A stretch of DNA of 64,000 nt from an uncultured delta proteobacterium (GTDB taxonomy: Bacteria > Desulfobacterota > Binatia > UBA9968). Positions 9,564-20,099 of this stretch are shown in pieces. Each line of letters opens with the position of its first letter. Within the stretch, counting starts at the first letter, position 1. The position numbers and the translations under genes are program-made. The stretch spans positions 75,984 to 139,983 of the forward strand of contig CAVSLC010000004.1 of the NCBI GenBank assembly GCA_963728565.1. The letters run 5' to 3'. The notes under the pieces were generated by a model that worked only from the letters and a program-made list of their open reading frames with translations, ran no database searches and had not been told where the DNA came from.

Positions 9564-10064
9564 ATGCGCCTCGCTACGTCGCCGTACGGTTTAATGTAAG
9601 GGTCCGAGGAAGATTTGGCTGATGAAATAGCTGCCTTGCTCGCTTTGCGCGATAGTGATGCCGGTCAAAGTAAAGTCCCCAGCTTTTTTTGCGGTGTCCG
9701 GGCTAGTGTGCCATCCCTCCACTGCCGTTCGCGCCAGATCTTCATGACCGATAGCGGCCGCGACATGTTCCGCGCCCGCTCGGAAAGAAAGTTTCTCGCC
9801 GATTTTTCTAACCCGATCAGCAAAGCGTGCATGGGTAGGGCGCTGCGCCTACGAGCCATTCCAAACTGTGCTGTCTTGCTTGCACGCCGATATCCGCTGC
9901 AGCCGCAGCGGTTGCAAACCCTGGGCGTGGCGAGATTCGTTCACTCCTTGATGGATGCTCTCGAGCAGCCTGATCGGTCAGATCGAGCACGAGTAAATGC
10001 ATTCGGATCGGGAAGAACGCATCTGCGTCTTCCCGATCCGAATGCGTGAGAACCTAAAGCTTTT

Positions 10065-10571
10065 TTACTTAGTCTCGGGCTTGGCACCCTGTTGCCGCTG
10101 CTGCGGCTTCGAAGCCTCATCGCCCGTCAAGGTGACACCGAGCTTATCGGCGGTTTTCTTGTCCAGCACTCCGGTAACCGGTAAATTATTTTCTTTCTGA
10201 AACTCACGGAGTGCTTCCTGAGTCTTGGCATGCATACGGCCGCTGACTGCCCCCGGGTCTTTGCCCTTCGCCTTCAATGCTTCCTGTGCCTTCCTGATGT
10301 CGTCTGAGGAGATCACCATCTCTCGCTGGCTGCCGGCATCCGGCGCCTCCATCCGTTCCGGTATGGTTCCACGCTGTCCCGGCAGCGGTTCCGTTGGCGG
10401 AAGCCCTGGCGCCGGTTGCCCCGGTATGGTCGGTTGGGTTTGCTGCGGCATGTCGGGCACCGGTTTTGGGACGGTGGGTCCAGGAATGCTTTGGGCGAAC
10501 AGAACATGCGCGCCTAGGCCCATATTACCAGCTAAAAAAACCGCGGTTAGAATATGGTTTTGTCGTTTCAT
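10065..10571 (-). CDS. Secreted Pro/Gln-rich protein with a peptidoglycan-binding domain (PG_binding_1)
   Basis: Signal peptide, Pro-rich linker, AQEALKAKGKDPG...TQEALREFQKENNLPVTGVLD; AAGGAGG RBS. Confidence 0.85.
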   Translation of the reverse strand: MKRQNHILTAVFLAGNMGLGAHVLFAQSIPGPTVPKPVPDMPQQTQPTIPGQPAPGLPPTEPLPGQRGTIPERMEAPDAGSQREMVISSDDIRKAQEALKAKGKDPGAVSGRMHAKTQEALREFQKENNLPVTGVLDKKTADKLGVTLTGDEASKPQQRQQGAKPETK

Positions 10572-10610
10572 GGAGAGCCTCCTTATAACGATCTTGCTCC
10601 ATTACGGCCC

Positions 10611-10625
10611 GCAAGCCGCATGCCA
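10611..10625 (-). promoter_or_regulatory. sigma54 (-24/-12) promoter
   Basis: TGGCATGCGGCTTGC on the minus strand (GG-N10-GC), about 40 nt upstream of the PG-binding gene start. Confidence 0.7.
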
Positions 10626-10803
10626 CGAAAAAGCCTCGGCAAAACTCGGGGAAGAGTCGAAAAAGGTGTCTAGAAGGAAGAATCTCAAAGCTCGGTGTAT
10701 CGTATTTGAGAAGACAACCTTGCGATGTCCGAGTAGAGCGGCGTTCTGCTCACGTGCCGGACCGCGGTATGTTTCTCCCGATATATACATTTAATCGCAG
10801 TGT

Positions 10804-13344
10804 TCAGCGCCACTCGTGCTTTGGATACCTGCGCCGCAACTCGTGCTTGAGTTTAGGATAGGTGTCACTCCAAAAATTCGACAGGTCGTCAGTGACCTGC
10901 ACCGGACGATTACTTGGCGCGAGCACCTCGATCCGCAGGACAACACGCCCGCTGGCGATACGCAGCGCATTTTTAACGCTGTAGAGATCCTGAATGCGCG
11001 CCGCAATCGTCGGGGGCGCGTCGACGGAGTAGATCACTTTCACTGTCCGGCCTCCGGGTAACTGCATGCGCTCGGGTGCATACTCCTCGATCCACGCCTG
11101 TTGCCGCCGTGACAGCCATGTTTTGATCATCGACAAGACCGGTCGATTTCGGATTTCGTTGTAGCTAAGCGCGCCGTGGCAGATGTGCTCGAAGATGGAA
11201 AGGCGGTCCATCTCTCTAATCGCCGGCAGTTCGAGTTCCGGCATCCATTCCCGTAATCGGTTGACGCGCAGGATCCACTGTTCAACCGATTCATCCCAGT
11301 TCTCGAGCCGACAGCGGCCGGCGGCAACTTCCCGCGCTAGAATCGCGGCCGCCTCATCACCGGGCGGTTTATCGGAAATCTTCTCTCGTAAAACCAGATC
11401 ACGGAATCGGACTTCGTCGCGCGCGATAACGCGGCGCTGCGCCGGATCGTAGGAGACGTTGCGGCTTTCGGTGAACTCGTGAGGAAACAGTTCGCGCAAC
11501 CACTCCTCCCTGATCGCGGTGGCCAGACTCAGCACGACATTCAACGTTCGATCCTTAGTGGCGCCGCTTTCCACCTCGCGCGCTTCCGACACGACAAAAA
11601 GTGGCGCTTGGACAGCACTGTCGCGGGCCAAAACACCACGCCGGCCGTGGGTCAATTCGCAGCGTAGCGAGCCGGGACGGAGACGTTTGGCGAGGTGGTC
11701 AGAAAACCCAAGAAGCACGCAACGCTGCACGGCTTCGTGCGCCACCGGCTTCTGGCGGATATCGAAACCTTCGGCCGCCGCGATGCTCAAGAACTGCTCG
11801 AAAAGCAGTCCGATCTGACGCGCCGCTTGCGCGTCAATGCCCATGCCGCGGCAAAGCTCGTCGTCATAGCCGTTGCGCTGGGCGTACCTCCAGCAGCGCA
11901 TCAGCGCCAGGAAGTCAGACTCGGTCTCATCATCGAACAGATCGCCGCGCCGGTCGTCTACCTGTTTGGCTTGGCGGCGCGTGAGTAGGTCACGCCCTTG
12001 CGTTAAGGCGGCGATCAATGCCACCGGCCGCACGCAATCGTATTCTTGGGCGCCCAGCAGCATGCGGGCATAACGTGGGTGAATCGGAAACGAGATCATG
12101 CGCCGTCCGAGCGGAGTGATAACACCGGCGATGTCCTCGATCGCTCCCAAATCAACGAGCAACGTCTCGGCCCGTCTAAGCGCGCGCGGGTCGGGAGTTT
12201 CCAACCACTGAAATGTCATCAAGTCGTTTACCCCGCTGGCTTTGAGAGTGAGGATCACCTCGGACAGATCCAGGCGTCTTACCTCCGGGAGTTCCTGAGC
12301 CGGGCGCGCGTTGTGCTCATGCGCAGTCCAGAGACGCAAACAGTGGCCAGGCGCAGTGCGTCCCGCGCGGCCCGCCCGCTGGTCGGCTGCGGCGCGGCTG
12401 ATTTTTTCGATCAGCAACGTGTTGATGCCGCGATATGGATCATAGCGGAGACCTCGAGCCAAACCGCTGTCGATCACCACGCGCACACCGTCTATGGTAA
12501 GCGACGTTTCCGCAACGTTAGTGGCAACGATGATCTTACGCCGGCCGTAACGCGCTATAGCGGCGTCCTGCTCGGCCGGCGGCAATTCACCGTGCAGCGG
12601 CAATATCAGAATTTGCGGCCCCAAAGCATTGCGCGCGGCTCGCACCGTACGCATGATCTCATATGCGCCCGGCATAAAAATTAGCGCATCCCCTTCGGGA
12701 TGCGTCCGCAACAAGCCCTTGAGCTCTCTCACCGCGAGTTCCCAGACGGATGTTTCCCGCGCAGGTTTCTCCAGATAATCGATGGTCACCGGGTAAGTGC
12801 GGCCTTCGGACGACAACAATGCGCAAGGATGGAGATAGTCCTGCACCGCGGCTACATCCAACGTCGCCGACATCACCAGAATGATGAGATCGGGTCGGGT
12901 CGTTGCCTGAACCTGCAGAGCGCGCGCCAGGGTGATGTCGCCGAAAAGGTGGCGTTCGTGAAATTCATCGAACACGACGGCGCTGACGCCTCTTAATTCG
13001 GGATCAGCCAACATCCGGCGCAGCAGGACGCCTTCGGTGAGGTAACAAATACGGGTCGCGGCAGAGGTCACGTTATCCAGGCGGATCTGGTAGCCCACTT
13101 GGTCGCCGAGTTTAACGCCGCGAGTTCGAGCGACCCAGGCGGCAAGCATACGCGTGGGCAACCGGCGCGGCTGCAACACCGCTACTTGGCCGTCCCGCAA
13201 CAAGCCACTGTCGAGCAGCATCTGCGGCACTTGGGTTGACTTGCCTGATCCGGTCGGCGCGGTGAGAACCAAGCGCCTCCCTGTCTTCAGCGATTCGAGC
13301 AGTTGCTGCTCGATTTTAAAAATCGGTAAATCCGGCTTAGGCAT
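10804..13344 (-). CDS. hrpB: ATP-dependent DEAH-box helicase HrpB
   Basis: APTGSGKST, DEFHER, MSAT, TNVAETSLTI, QRAGRAGR; C-terminal RPVQVTDDLSNFW...RRYPKHEW. Confidence 0.95.
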   Translation of the reverse strand: MPKPDLPIFKIEQQLLESLKTGRRLVLTAPTGSGKSTQVPQMLLDSGLLRDGQVAVLQPRRLPTRMLAAWVARTRGVKLGDQVGYQIRLDNVTSAATRICYLTEGVLLRRMLADPELRGVSAVVFDEFHERHLFGDITLARALQVQATTRPDLIILVMSATLDVAAVQDYLHPCALLSSEGRTYPVTIDYLEKPARETSVWELAVRELKGLLRTHPEGDALIFMPGAYEIMRTVRAARNALGPQILILPLHGELPPAEQDAAIARYGRRKIIVATNVAETSLTIDGVRVVIDSGLARGLRYDPYRGINTLLIEKISRAAADQRAGRAGRTAPGHCLRLWTAHEHNARPAQELPEVRRLDLSEVILTLKASGVNDLMTFQWLETPDPRALRRAETLLVDLGAIEDIAGVITPLGRRMISFPIHPRYARMLLGAQEYDCVRPVALIAALTQGRDLLTRRQAKQVDDRRGDLFDDETESDFLALMRCWRYAQRNGYDDELCRGMGIDAQAARQIGLLFEQFLSIAAAEGFDIRQKPVAHEAVQRCVLLGFSDHLAKRLRPGSLRCELTHGRRGVLARDSAVQAPLFVVSEAREVESGATKDRTLNVVLSLATAIREEWLRELFPHEFTESRNVSYDPAQRRVIARDEVRFRDLVLREKISDKPPGDEAAAILAREVAAGRCRLENWDESVEQWILRVNRLREWMPELELPAIREMDRLSIFEHICHGALSYNEIRNRPVLSMIKTWLSRRQQAWIEEYAPERMQLPGGRTVKVIYSVDAPPTIAARIQDLYSVKNALRIASGRVVLRIEVLAPSNRPVQVTDDLSNFWSDTYPKLKHELRRRYPKHEWR

Positions 13345-13427
13345 CGATGAAAGAATACCGAGAGCTTCGGTCGGCTGTTTGGAAGCGAATCAGCTGTGCG
13401 CTGTCTTGGAAATTTCCTGTAACGCCG

Positions 13428-14888
13428 CTAGACGGTGCTCTCGTCGTAGGTTGCCAGGCAACGATCGACCAATGCCTCCGCAGCCGTCCAATCAAAGGTG
13501 CGGAACTCGCGTCCCTGAATAGACGTGGGCTCGCCGGCGTAAAACATCTCATACTGCAGATGACGCGAGCCAAACTCCGAACCCACGGCGTCCCACAACA
13601 GCTTCAGCAGCTTCACCCGGTCGCGGCCGGCGGCTTTCGGCCAACGCACATAGCGGTCGATATCCACCGCCGACGATGCGGCGCGCAGCTCAGCTGCCGC
13701 TGCCGGCAACTGGATGAGGCTCCCGCCCATCAGTCCGCGGATCTGATTGAGCAACGCCGGATACATCGCCTGCTGTAACACCTGGCTGGCATAAAGCAGG
13801 GAATCCTTGGGGCGCATGACACCAAACTGGTCCGGCTCCGCGGCCGCTTCGGCGCCAAGGATCATCCCTTCGATGAGTGAGACACGGGTAGCGAGGTCGC
13901 CGAGTTGCGCGATTACCTCGATATTGGCCGAACGGCCGCTCAGATCCATGCAGCGTTTGACCAGTCCCACCAGGAACTGCAGCTTTGCCCACGAGCGGAT
14001 GTGTGACTGCGTGTTTCCCAGCACGTGCGCTGCGGTAACACTGAACTGACCCGCTGTAAGCTCGATGTTCTTATAGATGAACACGTCCTCCCACGGCACC
14101 AGAACATCATCGAAGACGACCAGCGAATCGGTTTCGTCGAAACGGCTCGAGAGCGGGTAGTCGAATACGCTGTTAGCTCCGAGCGCATACGGCCGGCGCG
14201 GGTAGAGCTTCAGACCGGCCGCGCCATTCGGAACCACGCAGGAAATCGCGTAGTCTTCGTCGCCCGGCTTGAGCGGCAGGATCACCGTGAGCAGCACATA
14301 ATCGGACATCACTGAGCCTGTGCCGAGCATCTGCGCACCACGGATGACGATGCCGTTGTCGCGCTCGGCAGCGGCGCCGGCGTAGAGGTACGGCTCGTGC
14401 TGCTGGTGCGCCGGTTTGGCGCGATCGACGGTGGGATGGACGATGACGTAGCTGACGTAGAGGTCCTCATCGGCGGCCTTTGCCGCGAAACGCGAGATAT
14501 TGTCAGCGAATTGTTGGCCGCCCCGGGCGTAGAACTCAGGCGAGCCCGCGAACCCCGCAAAAAACGATGCAACATGATCGGGCGAGCGCCCGAGCAAGCC
14601 ATAGCTTGCATCGGCCCAGAACTTAATCGCGTGCCGCCGCGTCGCCAGGTCGTCACGGCTGCGCGGCACCAGCCAGGACTTGTTGACAGGACGACCGTCG
14701 CGCGGCGACGGATAGCTCATCAGCTCGCGATTAGCAGGATCGGCAGCGAGATCGTAAAGGCCGGCGATGCTCCGGATCCCGGCGGCAAAGGCTGGATGGG
14801 TCGTCACGTCGGGCACTCGTTCGCCGTTCAACAGCACCGTGCGTCCGTCATGCAAGCCGCGCACATACTCCTCACCACGGCGAGTCAC
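13428..14888 (-). CDS. 4-hydroxyphenylacetate 3-hydroxylase family flavin monooxygenase, oxygenase component
   Basis: GRSPDHVA, PLSSRFDETD, GSEFGSRHLQYEMFYAG; start placed at GTG 14888 after an AGGGAG RBS. Confidence 0.88.
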   Translation of the reverse strand: MTRRGEEYVRGLHDGRTVLLNGERVPDVTTHPAFAAGIRSIAGLYDLAADPANRELMSYPSPRDGRPVNKSWLVPRSRDDLATRRHAIKFWADASYGLLGRSPDHVASFFAGFAGSPEFYARGGQQFADNISRFAAKAADEDLYVSYVIVHPTVDRAKPAHQQHEPYLYAGAAAERDNGIVIRGAQMLGTGSVMSDYVLLTVILPLKPGDEDYAISCVVPNGAAGLKLYPRRPYALGANSVFDYPLSSRFDETDSLVVFDDVLVPWEDVFIYKNIELTAGQFSVTAAHVLGNTQSHIRSWAKLQFLVGLVKRCMDLSGRSANIEVIAQLGDLATRVSLIEGMILGAEAAAEPDQFGVMRPKDSLLYASQVLQQAMYPALLNQIRGLMGGSLIQLPAAAAELRAASSAVDIDRYVRWPKAAGRDRVKLLKLLWDAVGSEFGSRHLQYEMFYAGEPTSIQGREFRTFDWTAAEALVDRCLATYDESTV

Positions 14889-15111
14889 GTCTGGCTCCCT
14901 TGCCCGGGCTTGGTTGCTAAATCGCACGTTTTTCTGAAACCGTCGGTGTTCATCAACTTCCTGGCCATAATCAAATCATCCTATAGTTGCCGGCGCCGGG
15001 CTACTGCAACCTCGGAGCGCTGCCTGAAGAAAGTTGCTCATGATCGCTGCCGTCGTCGCTTGCGCGAAAATGGCGAGCGCAACGATGATTATCAGTCTTT
15101 TCAGCAGGCTT

Positions 15112-15612
15112 CTAGGATTGCTTCCTGTGAGTTCTCTGCTCGAGAGAGCGGCGGGACAAATCTCGGCCCATGCGAAGCGCTGCCTCAACTCCTTGATAGT
15201 AGCCGGGAAGCTGAAGCAGTGTGCGGTAACCCATTCGACTATAAAAGATTTGCGCTTCTTCATTCCCCGCGCGCACTTCGAGATCAACCTTGAATATGCC
15301 CGCTACGACGGCGCATTCTTCCAGCCACTCCATCATTTGGCGCCCGATGCCGCTTCTCCTATAGGGCGGAGCCACAGCGAGAAGATCCAAGTGTGCGTCG
15401 TCATCGCCATAGCGCATGATGGCAAAGCCGGCAATCTCTTCGTGCATAGATGCAACCAGTACGTTGACGTTGGCAGCGCGAATACTTGCTGTGATCCGCA
15501 CCGGCGTCCAGCGCCAGTTGAGACCGTATTCGATCAAATCGCGGGAGAGATTGGCAATGCTGTCGGCGTCTGCCAAGCGCGCCAATCGCAAGGATAGCTC
15601 AGAGTGTATCAT
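15112..15612 (-). CDS. GNAT N-acetyltransferase, RimI-like
   Basis: LAVAPPYRRSGIG acetyl-CoA motif, LEVRAGNEEAQIFY, GYY. Confidence 0.8.
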   Translation of the reverse strand: MIHSELSLRLARLADADSIANLSRDLIEYGLNWRWTPVRITASIRAANVNVLVASMHEEIAGFAIMRYGDDDAHLDLLAVAPPYRRSGIGRQMMEWLEECAVVAGIFKVDLEVRAGNEEAQIFYSRMGYRTLLQLPGYYQGVEAALRMGRDLSRRSLEQRTHRKQS

Positions 15613-16077
15613 CGGGTGCCCGACCTAACGAACCGGATTTTCCCGCAAAGCTGGGGAGCAATCAAGTTCCAGTTCAATGATCTCGGCATGCTCACTGTGA
15701 CCCATATTCCAATTGTAAAACACAGACTGGCCCGTGTCGTCTTTCGATGAACCAATCGTCTGACCGAAACCCGAAAAAGCAGGCGCCGCTTTCGGCGAGA
15801 GCGAAAATTGGCGACATTCCTTACGCGCACCACGCTATAACGGGCTGAGGAAGCGAGGCGGGTTCCGGCTCTTGTTGCCGCAACTTCTATCATTGTAATT
15901 ATCCTCGATACTACTACACCGGTTCATCGGGCATCACACGACTCACGTGTGACACAGATCGATCCGTGCCGCTAACTTTGATTGACAGGCTCCCGAGCTC
16001 ATAGTACGTAACTGCCATCCCTATGAGAACGCCTGGCGGATTTTGAATCGAGAACTTACTCTCTCAAGGATGCACCG

Positions 16078-17073
16078 ATGACCAAGATGACATCGACACT
16101 CAGGTATGGTGCCTGTCTCTTCGTGCTCGTATCGATAACCTCAGTGAGTCGCGGTGACGCGCAGCAAACTCCAAAATTGACGCCGATCAACTACGGGACC
16201 ATCACCCTATCTGCATTGCACTGGCCCTATTTGATCGCAGAGCAGGAAGGCATGCTCCAAAAAGAAGGCTTGGAGATCAAGCGCGTTCTCGGCGGCACTA
16301 CCACGGCCACCTCCCAGGCGCTGGTCGCGGGCTCCACGGATTTCGCGCAGATGAATTTGGTGCAGCTGCTCTCCGCTAATTCGGCGGGAGCCGATCTCGT
16401 CGCGGTAGCCGGTGATACCCTGGTGCCCATTTATGCGCTGGTGGTGCATCCCTCGATCAAGAGTTATGCCGATTTAAAGGGAAAGCGATTAGCAGTCGCA
16501 GGCCCCACCGATCCTTTGAACTACATTATGGCGCGGATGCTCGCGGCCAACGGTCTCACGCCTGCCGACTATGAAATGCTCGGGCTGGGTGGAACTCCAA
16601 CGCGCCTGGCGGCGGTGGAAAAAGGCGGCGTCGCCGGGGCATTGGTCAATCAGCCCTCGGATTTCAAAGCGATCGCCTCGGGAATGCGTTTGCTCGGCTA
16701 CTCGTCGGATTATGTCGACAACTTTCAATACACGGTAACCGGCATGCGCCGCGACTGGGCGCAAGCAAACAGGCCTTTGACCGTGCGCTTTCTTCGCGCT
16801 TTCGCGCGTGCCTGCGAGTTCTTCTATGAGCCAAAAAACAAGGAGGCCGTGCTGCGGGCGTTGATCGACAAGGCGAAAGCCGACCGTGATGATGCCGAAA
16901 AAACCTATAATCTTTTCGTTAAAACCAAAAAATCGATTCCGCAGGATGGAGCCGTGGATATCAAAGGCGCGCGCATCGTCGCCGAAAGCTGGAAGGAATT
17001 CGGTTTGCAAAAGCCGCCTCCGCCGGTCGACGGCGTAATCGATATGAGCTATCTGCAGGAAGCAAGGAAGTAG
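16078..17073 (+). CDS. ABC transporter substrate-binding protein, NitT/TauT (SsuA/NMT1-like) family
   Basis: Signal peptide; ALVAGSTDF, IKSYADLKGKRLAV pattern. Confidence 0.85.
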   Translation: MTKMTSTLRYGACLFVLVSITSVSRGDAQQTPKLTPINYGTITLSALHWPYLIAEQEGMLQKEGLEIKRVLGGTTTATSQALVAGSTDFAQMNLVQLLSANSAGADLVAVAGDTLVPIYALVVHPSIKSYADLKGKRLAVAGPTDPLNYIMARMLAANGLTPADYEMLGLGGTPTRLAAVEKGGVAGALVNQPSDFKAIASGMRLLGYSSDYVDNFQYTVTGMRRDWAQANRPLTVRFLRAFARACEFFYEPKNKEAVLRALIDKAKADRDDAEKTYNLFVKTKKSIPQDGAVDIKGARIVAESWKEFGLQKPPPPVDGVIDMSYLQEARK

Positions 17074-17086
17074 GACCCGTTCAACA

Positions 17087-18244
17087 GTGAAAAACGATGA
17101 GCTCTCATACAACTTAGGCGACACCGTCGATCGCCTGATCTCGGTTCAATATTTCATGTCAGGCGGCGGCTCGGCCCTGACCCGCAAGCCGGTAACCGGC
17201 GTGCTCTACGAAGCCGCCCGCGAAAAGGCCGGCGCGCCGCTCTGTCATCTTGCGGCCAAAACGCTTGCGGACAATGTTCAGCGCGGCGACACCGTGCTGA
17301 TCACCACTGGCCTGATTGCGCCGCCATACATGATCGCCGAAGGCGACGGCCCGATTGCTGCCGCGACGCTTGCGCGGGCTATCGACGTCGGTCTTGACGC
17401 GACTCCGATCATCGTTTGCGAAGCAGTCGTGGTGAAAGCCATGGAGGCTCTTTGCCAGGCCGCCGGCCTAATGCCAAGCGCTCCCGAGCTGGCGGTCGGA
17501 ACGCCGAGAAAAGTCATCGTTCTGCCGTTTCCTCTCGACGACGACTTGGGGCGGCGCGAGGCGATTCGACTTTTGGATCAGTTCAAACCGAAAGCCGTCG
17601 TGGCTATAGAAAAGTTATCCAAGAATGTTAAAGGCATTTATCACAATGGCTTCGGCATCGACGTGTCGTCGGTACAAGCAAAAGTGGATTACCTTTTTGA
17701 CTTCGCGCGCGACCGCGGCATACCTACGATAGGCGTCGGTGACGGCGGCAACGAAATCGGCACTGCCTGTATCGCCGACGCCGTCCGCAAAGTCGTGCCC
17801 ACCGGCGCCAAATGCGGCTGTCCGTGCGAGTCCGGCATCGCCGCCGCGACTCACGCCGACTATTGCGTGTTCGGTTCCAAGTCGAACTATGGCGGCTTCG
17901 CCATCGAGGCCTGCCTGGCCGCGGGACTGGAGCGGCCCGAAATCTTTCACAGCGAAGTTGTCGCTCGGCGCGTACATGAGGCGGGCGCAACCATGGGTCT
18001 GGTGGATCCGTTCACCGGACTCGCGTTCGGTTGGGACGACTTTCCGGTGCACAAAAACGTCAATGAACTTGTCACTAATCTGATTCGCTACATGCTAGCC
18101 GTGCGCGTGGTGCCGCGCTGGTATAAAGATTCGATCATGGGACCGAGCCAGAAGTGGATCCATGAACGCTCGTTCGCCGAAGACTTGGTCTCGCGTTGGG
18201 CGAAATCCATCATTGACTCGGAAAAAGAATTCTTCCCGAAGTAG
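17087..18244 (+). CDS. DUF4392 / glutamate-cyclase-domain protein
   Basis: VLITTG, EGDGPIAA, VAIEK, IGVGDGGNEIG, SNYGG motifs typical of DUF4392. Confidence 0.75.
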   Translation: MKNDELSYNLGDTVDRLISVQYFMSGGGSALTRKPVTGVLYEAAREKAGAPLCHLAAKTLADNVQRGDTVLITTGLIAPPYMIAEGDGPIAAATLARAIDVGLDATPIIVCEAVVVKAMEALCQAAGLMPSAPELAVGTPRKVIVLPFPLDDDLGRREAIRLLDQFKPKAVVAIEKLSKNVKGIYHNGFGIDVSSVQAKVDYLFDFARDRGIPTIGVGDGGNEIGTACIADAVRKVVPTGAKCGCPCESGIAAATHADYCVFGSKSNYGGFAIEACLAAGLERPEIFHSEVVARRVHEAGATMGLVDPFTGLAFGWDDFPVHKNVNELVTNLIRYMLAVRVVPRWYKDSIMGPSQKWIHERSFAEDLVSRWAKSIIDSEKEFFPK

Positions 18245-18247
18245 GTT

Positions 18248-19684
18248 ATGACGAAGATCACCGCCGATATCGTTTTTAAGAACGGCTGGGTCGTCACGCC
18301 TTCCGGTGTCATCGAGGGCGGCATTGCCGTCGCCGACGGAAAGATCGCCGCGGTCGGTAGCGATGCGTTTTTGCCGGATGCAGAGCAGATCATCGACTTG
18401 GGCGGCAAACATCTTCTTCCGGGAGTGATCGATCCCGAGTGTCACCTCGGCGGCCATCGCGACCTGGCCGCCGATTTTAAAAGCGAGACACGGGCCGCCG
18501 CCGCTACCGGCGTGACGACCTGGGGTTTGCAGCTCGTAAGCCTGGCGATCACCGGCGGCGCCGATAAAGTGAAGGGGCCCTCCGATATTCCGAATTTCAC
18601 GAAATCGATGCCAACTTTCTACGAGGCGGCGAAAACCGCGGCCATCGATTTCTTTCTGACGCCGATCATCAGTACTGACGAGCAGGTCAAAGAAATCCCC
18701 TATCTGGCGAACGAACACGGCATCAGCTCCTTCAAGCTCCACTTGCAGATGCAGGGACCGTGGAAGTCCTCATGGCCGGCTTACTTTTTTGACGATGGCA
18801 GCATTTACTCGGTCTTTCAGGAGGTCGCCAAGCTCGGCGCGCCAGCGATCGCGCTGCTTCACTGCGAGAACTGGGAGATCGCCCAGGTGCTGCAGAAGCA
18901 GCTGATGGACGCCGGGCGCAGCGACATGGGCGCCTGGGATGATCGCTCGCCGGCTTTCACCGAGGTCGGTCACGCCCGGACCTACCTTTATTATGCCCGG
19001 ATCGCCGGCTGTCCAATTTACGTCGTGCACTGTACAACGACCGACACCGTCGCGGAAATCGAGAGAGCCAAAGCAGAAGGCTTGACGGTCTATAGCGAAA
19101 TCGGCACCCACTATCTCGTGCTGCACAAGGACGCGTGGAAGATCAACGTGCCGCTGCGCGATCGCTCTACACACGAAAGTCTATGGAAGGCGCTCGCGTC
19201 CGGCGCCATCGATTGCATCGGCAGCGATCACGTCGCGCACACCAGAACCCGCGAGTCCATGCAGACGGGCAACGTCTTTACCACCGTCAGCGGTTTTCCT
19301 TCACGGGTGGAAGGGATGCTGCCGATGATGCTCAGCGAGGGCGTAAATAAGGATCGAATCTCAATCGAGCGCCTGGCCCAAGTCGCCAGTGAAAATCCAG
19401 CGCGCATCTTCGGCCTTTATCCGAAGAAAGGCGCGATCCTGCCGGGCGCCGATGCGGATCTTGTGGTCGTCGATTTGAAGCGGCGTGCAAAGATCACGAA
19501 GGAACTTCTTCACACGGTGACACCCTGGTCCATCTACGAAGGTTGGGATGTCACCGGCTGGCCGGTTATGACTATCGTCCGAGGTAACATTGTGATGGAA
19601 TGGCCTGAGGGCGCTCCTCGCGCCAGGGTCACCGAAACTTCCACGGGCCAGTATCTCAAAAGGCAACTCAGCCGCACAATCTGA
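18248..19684 (+). CDS. Cyclic amidohydrolase (dihydroorotase/hydantoinase/allantoinase family), variant metal site
   Basis: LLPGVIDPECH, SFK, HCEN, VVH, GSDH, NPARIFGLYPKKG, GADAD. Confidence 0.85.
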   Translation: MTKITADIVFKNGWVVTPSGVIEGGIAVADGKIAAVGSDAFLPDAEQIIDLGGKHLLPGVIDPECHLGGHRDLAADFKSETRAAAATGVTTWGLQLVSLAITGGADKVKGPSDIPNFTKSMPTFYEAAKTAAIDFFLTPIISTDEQVKEIPYLANEHGISSFKLHLQMQGPWKSSWPAYFFDDGSIYSVFQEVAKLGAPAIALLHCENWEIAQVLQKQLMDAGRSDMGAWDDRSPAFTEVGHARTYLYYARIAGCPIYVVHCTTTDTVAEIERAKAEGLTVYSEIGTHYLVLHKDAWKINVPLRDRSTHESLWKALASGAIDCIGSDHVAHTRTRESMQTGNVFTTVSGFPSRVEGMLPMMLSEGVNKDRISIERLAQVASENPARIFGLYPKKGAILPGADADLVVVDLKRRAKITKELLHTVTPWSIYEGWDVTGWPVMTIVRGNIVMEWPEGAPRARVTETSTGQYLKRQLSRTI

Positions 19685-19727
19685 TCCTGGACTCTGCGAG
19701 ATAGCCGTCGAGCGAAATGTTTCTGTT

Positions 19728-19834
19728 CACCACGAAACGCATAAAGGACACGAAGAGCAAACAATCGAGCTAGAGCACGAACCTGGATGCAACATGTTTT
19801 ATTTTTCTTCGCGCCCTTCGTGTCCTCCGTGGTG
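19728..19834. repeat. REP-like imperfect inverted repeat
   Basis: CACCACGAA...AGGACACGAAG pairs with CTTCGTGTCCTCCGTGGTG; related motif at 62328-62390. Confidence 0.6.
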
Positions 19835-20099
19835 GTATACACCGGATAAAGTAGCAACAGCGTGAGACACTGCACTAGGTGAGAAAAAACCTCCGTCGGC
19901 AACCCTATCGAAAGACTAACGCGCTTTGATGCGGCTTTTAATCTGGTAATCTTCAGGCAGAGAATCTTGAATCATTGGAAATCGCTATCACTCCAGAGCA
20001 TGCGCTGTCATTGTGGTCGTGATTACTCGAGCAAAAGCTGCTTGAATGATGTCCTTGTATCGACAGCGCATCAACATGCCCGTCATCTAAGATCATCCC

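Noticed and set aside
9564-10064. ORFs 9615-10049 (+) and 9665-9859 (-) between the amidohydrolase and PG-binding genes
   Set aside because: No recognisable motif or convincing RBS; I cannot choose a frame, so the region is left unannotated.
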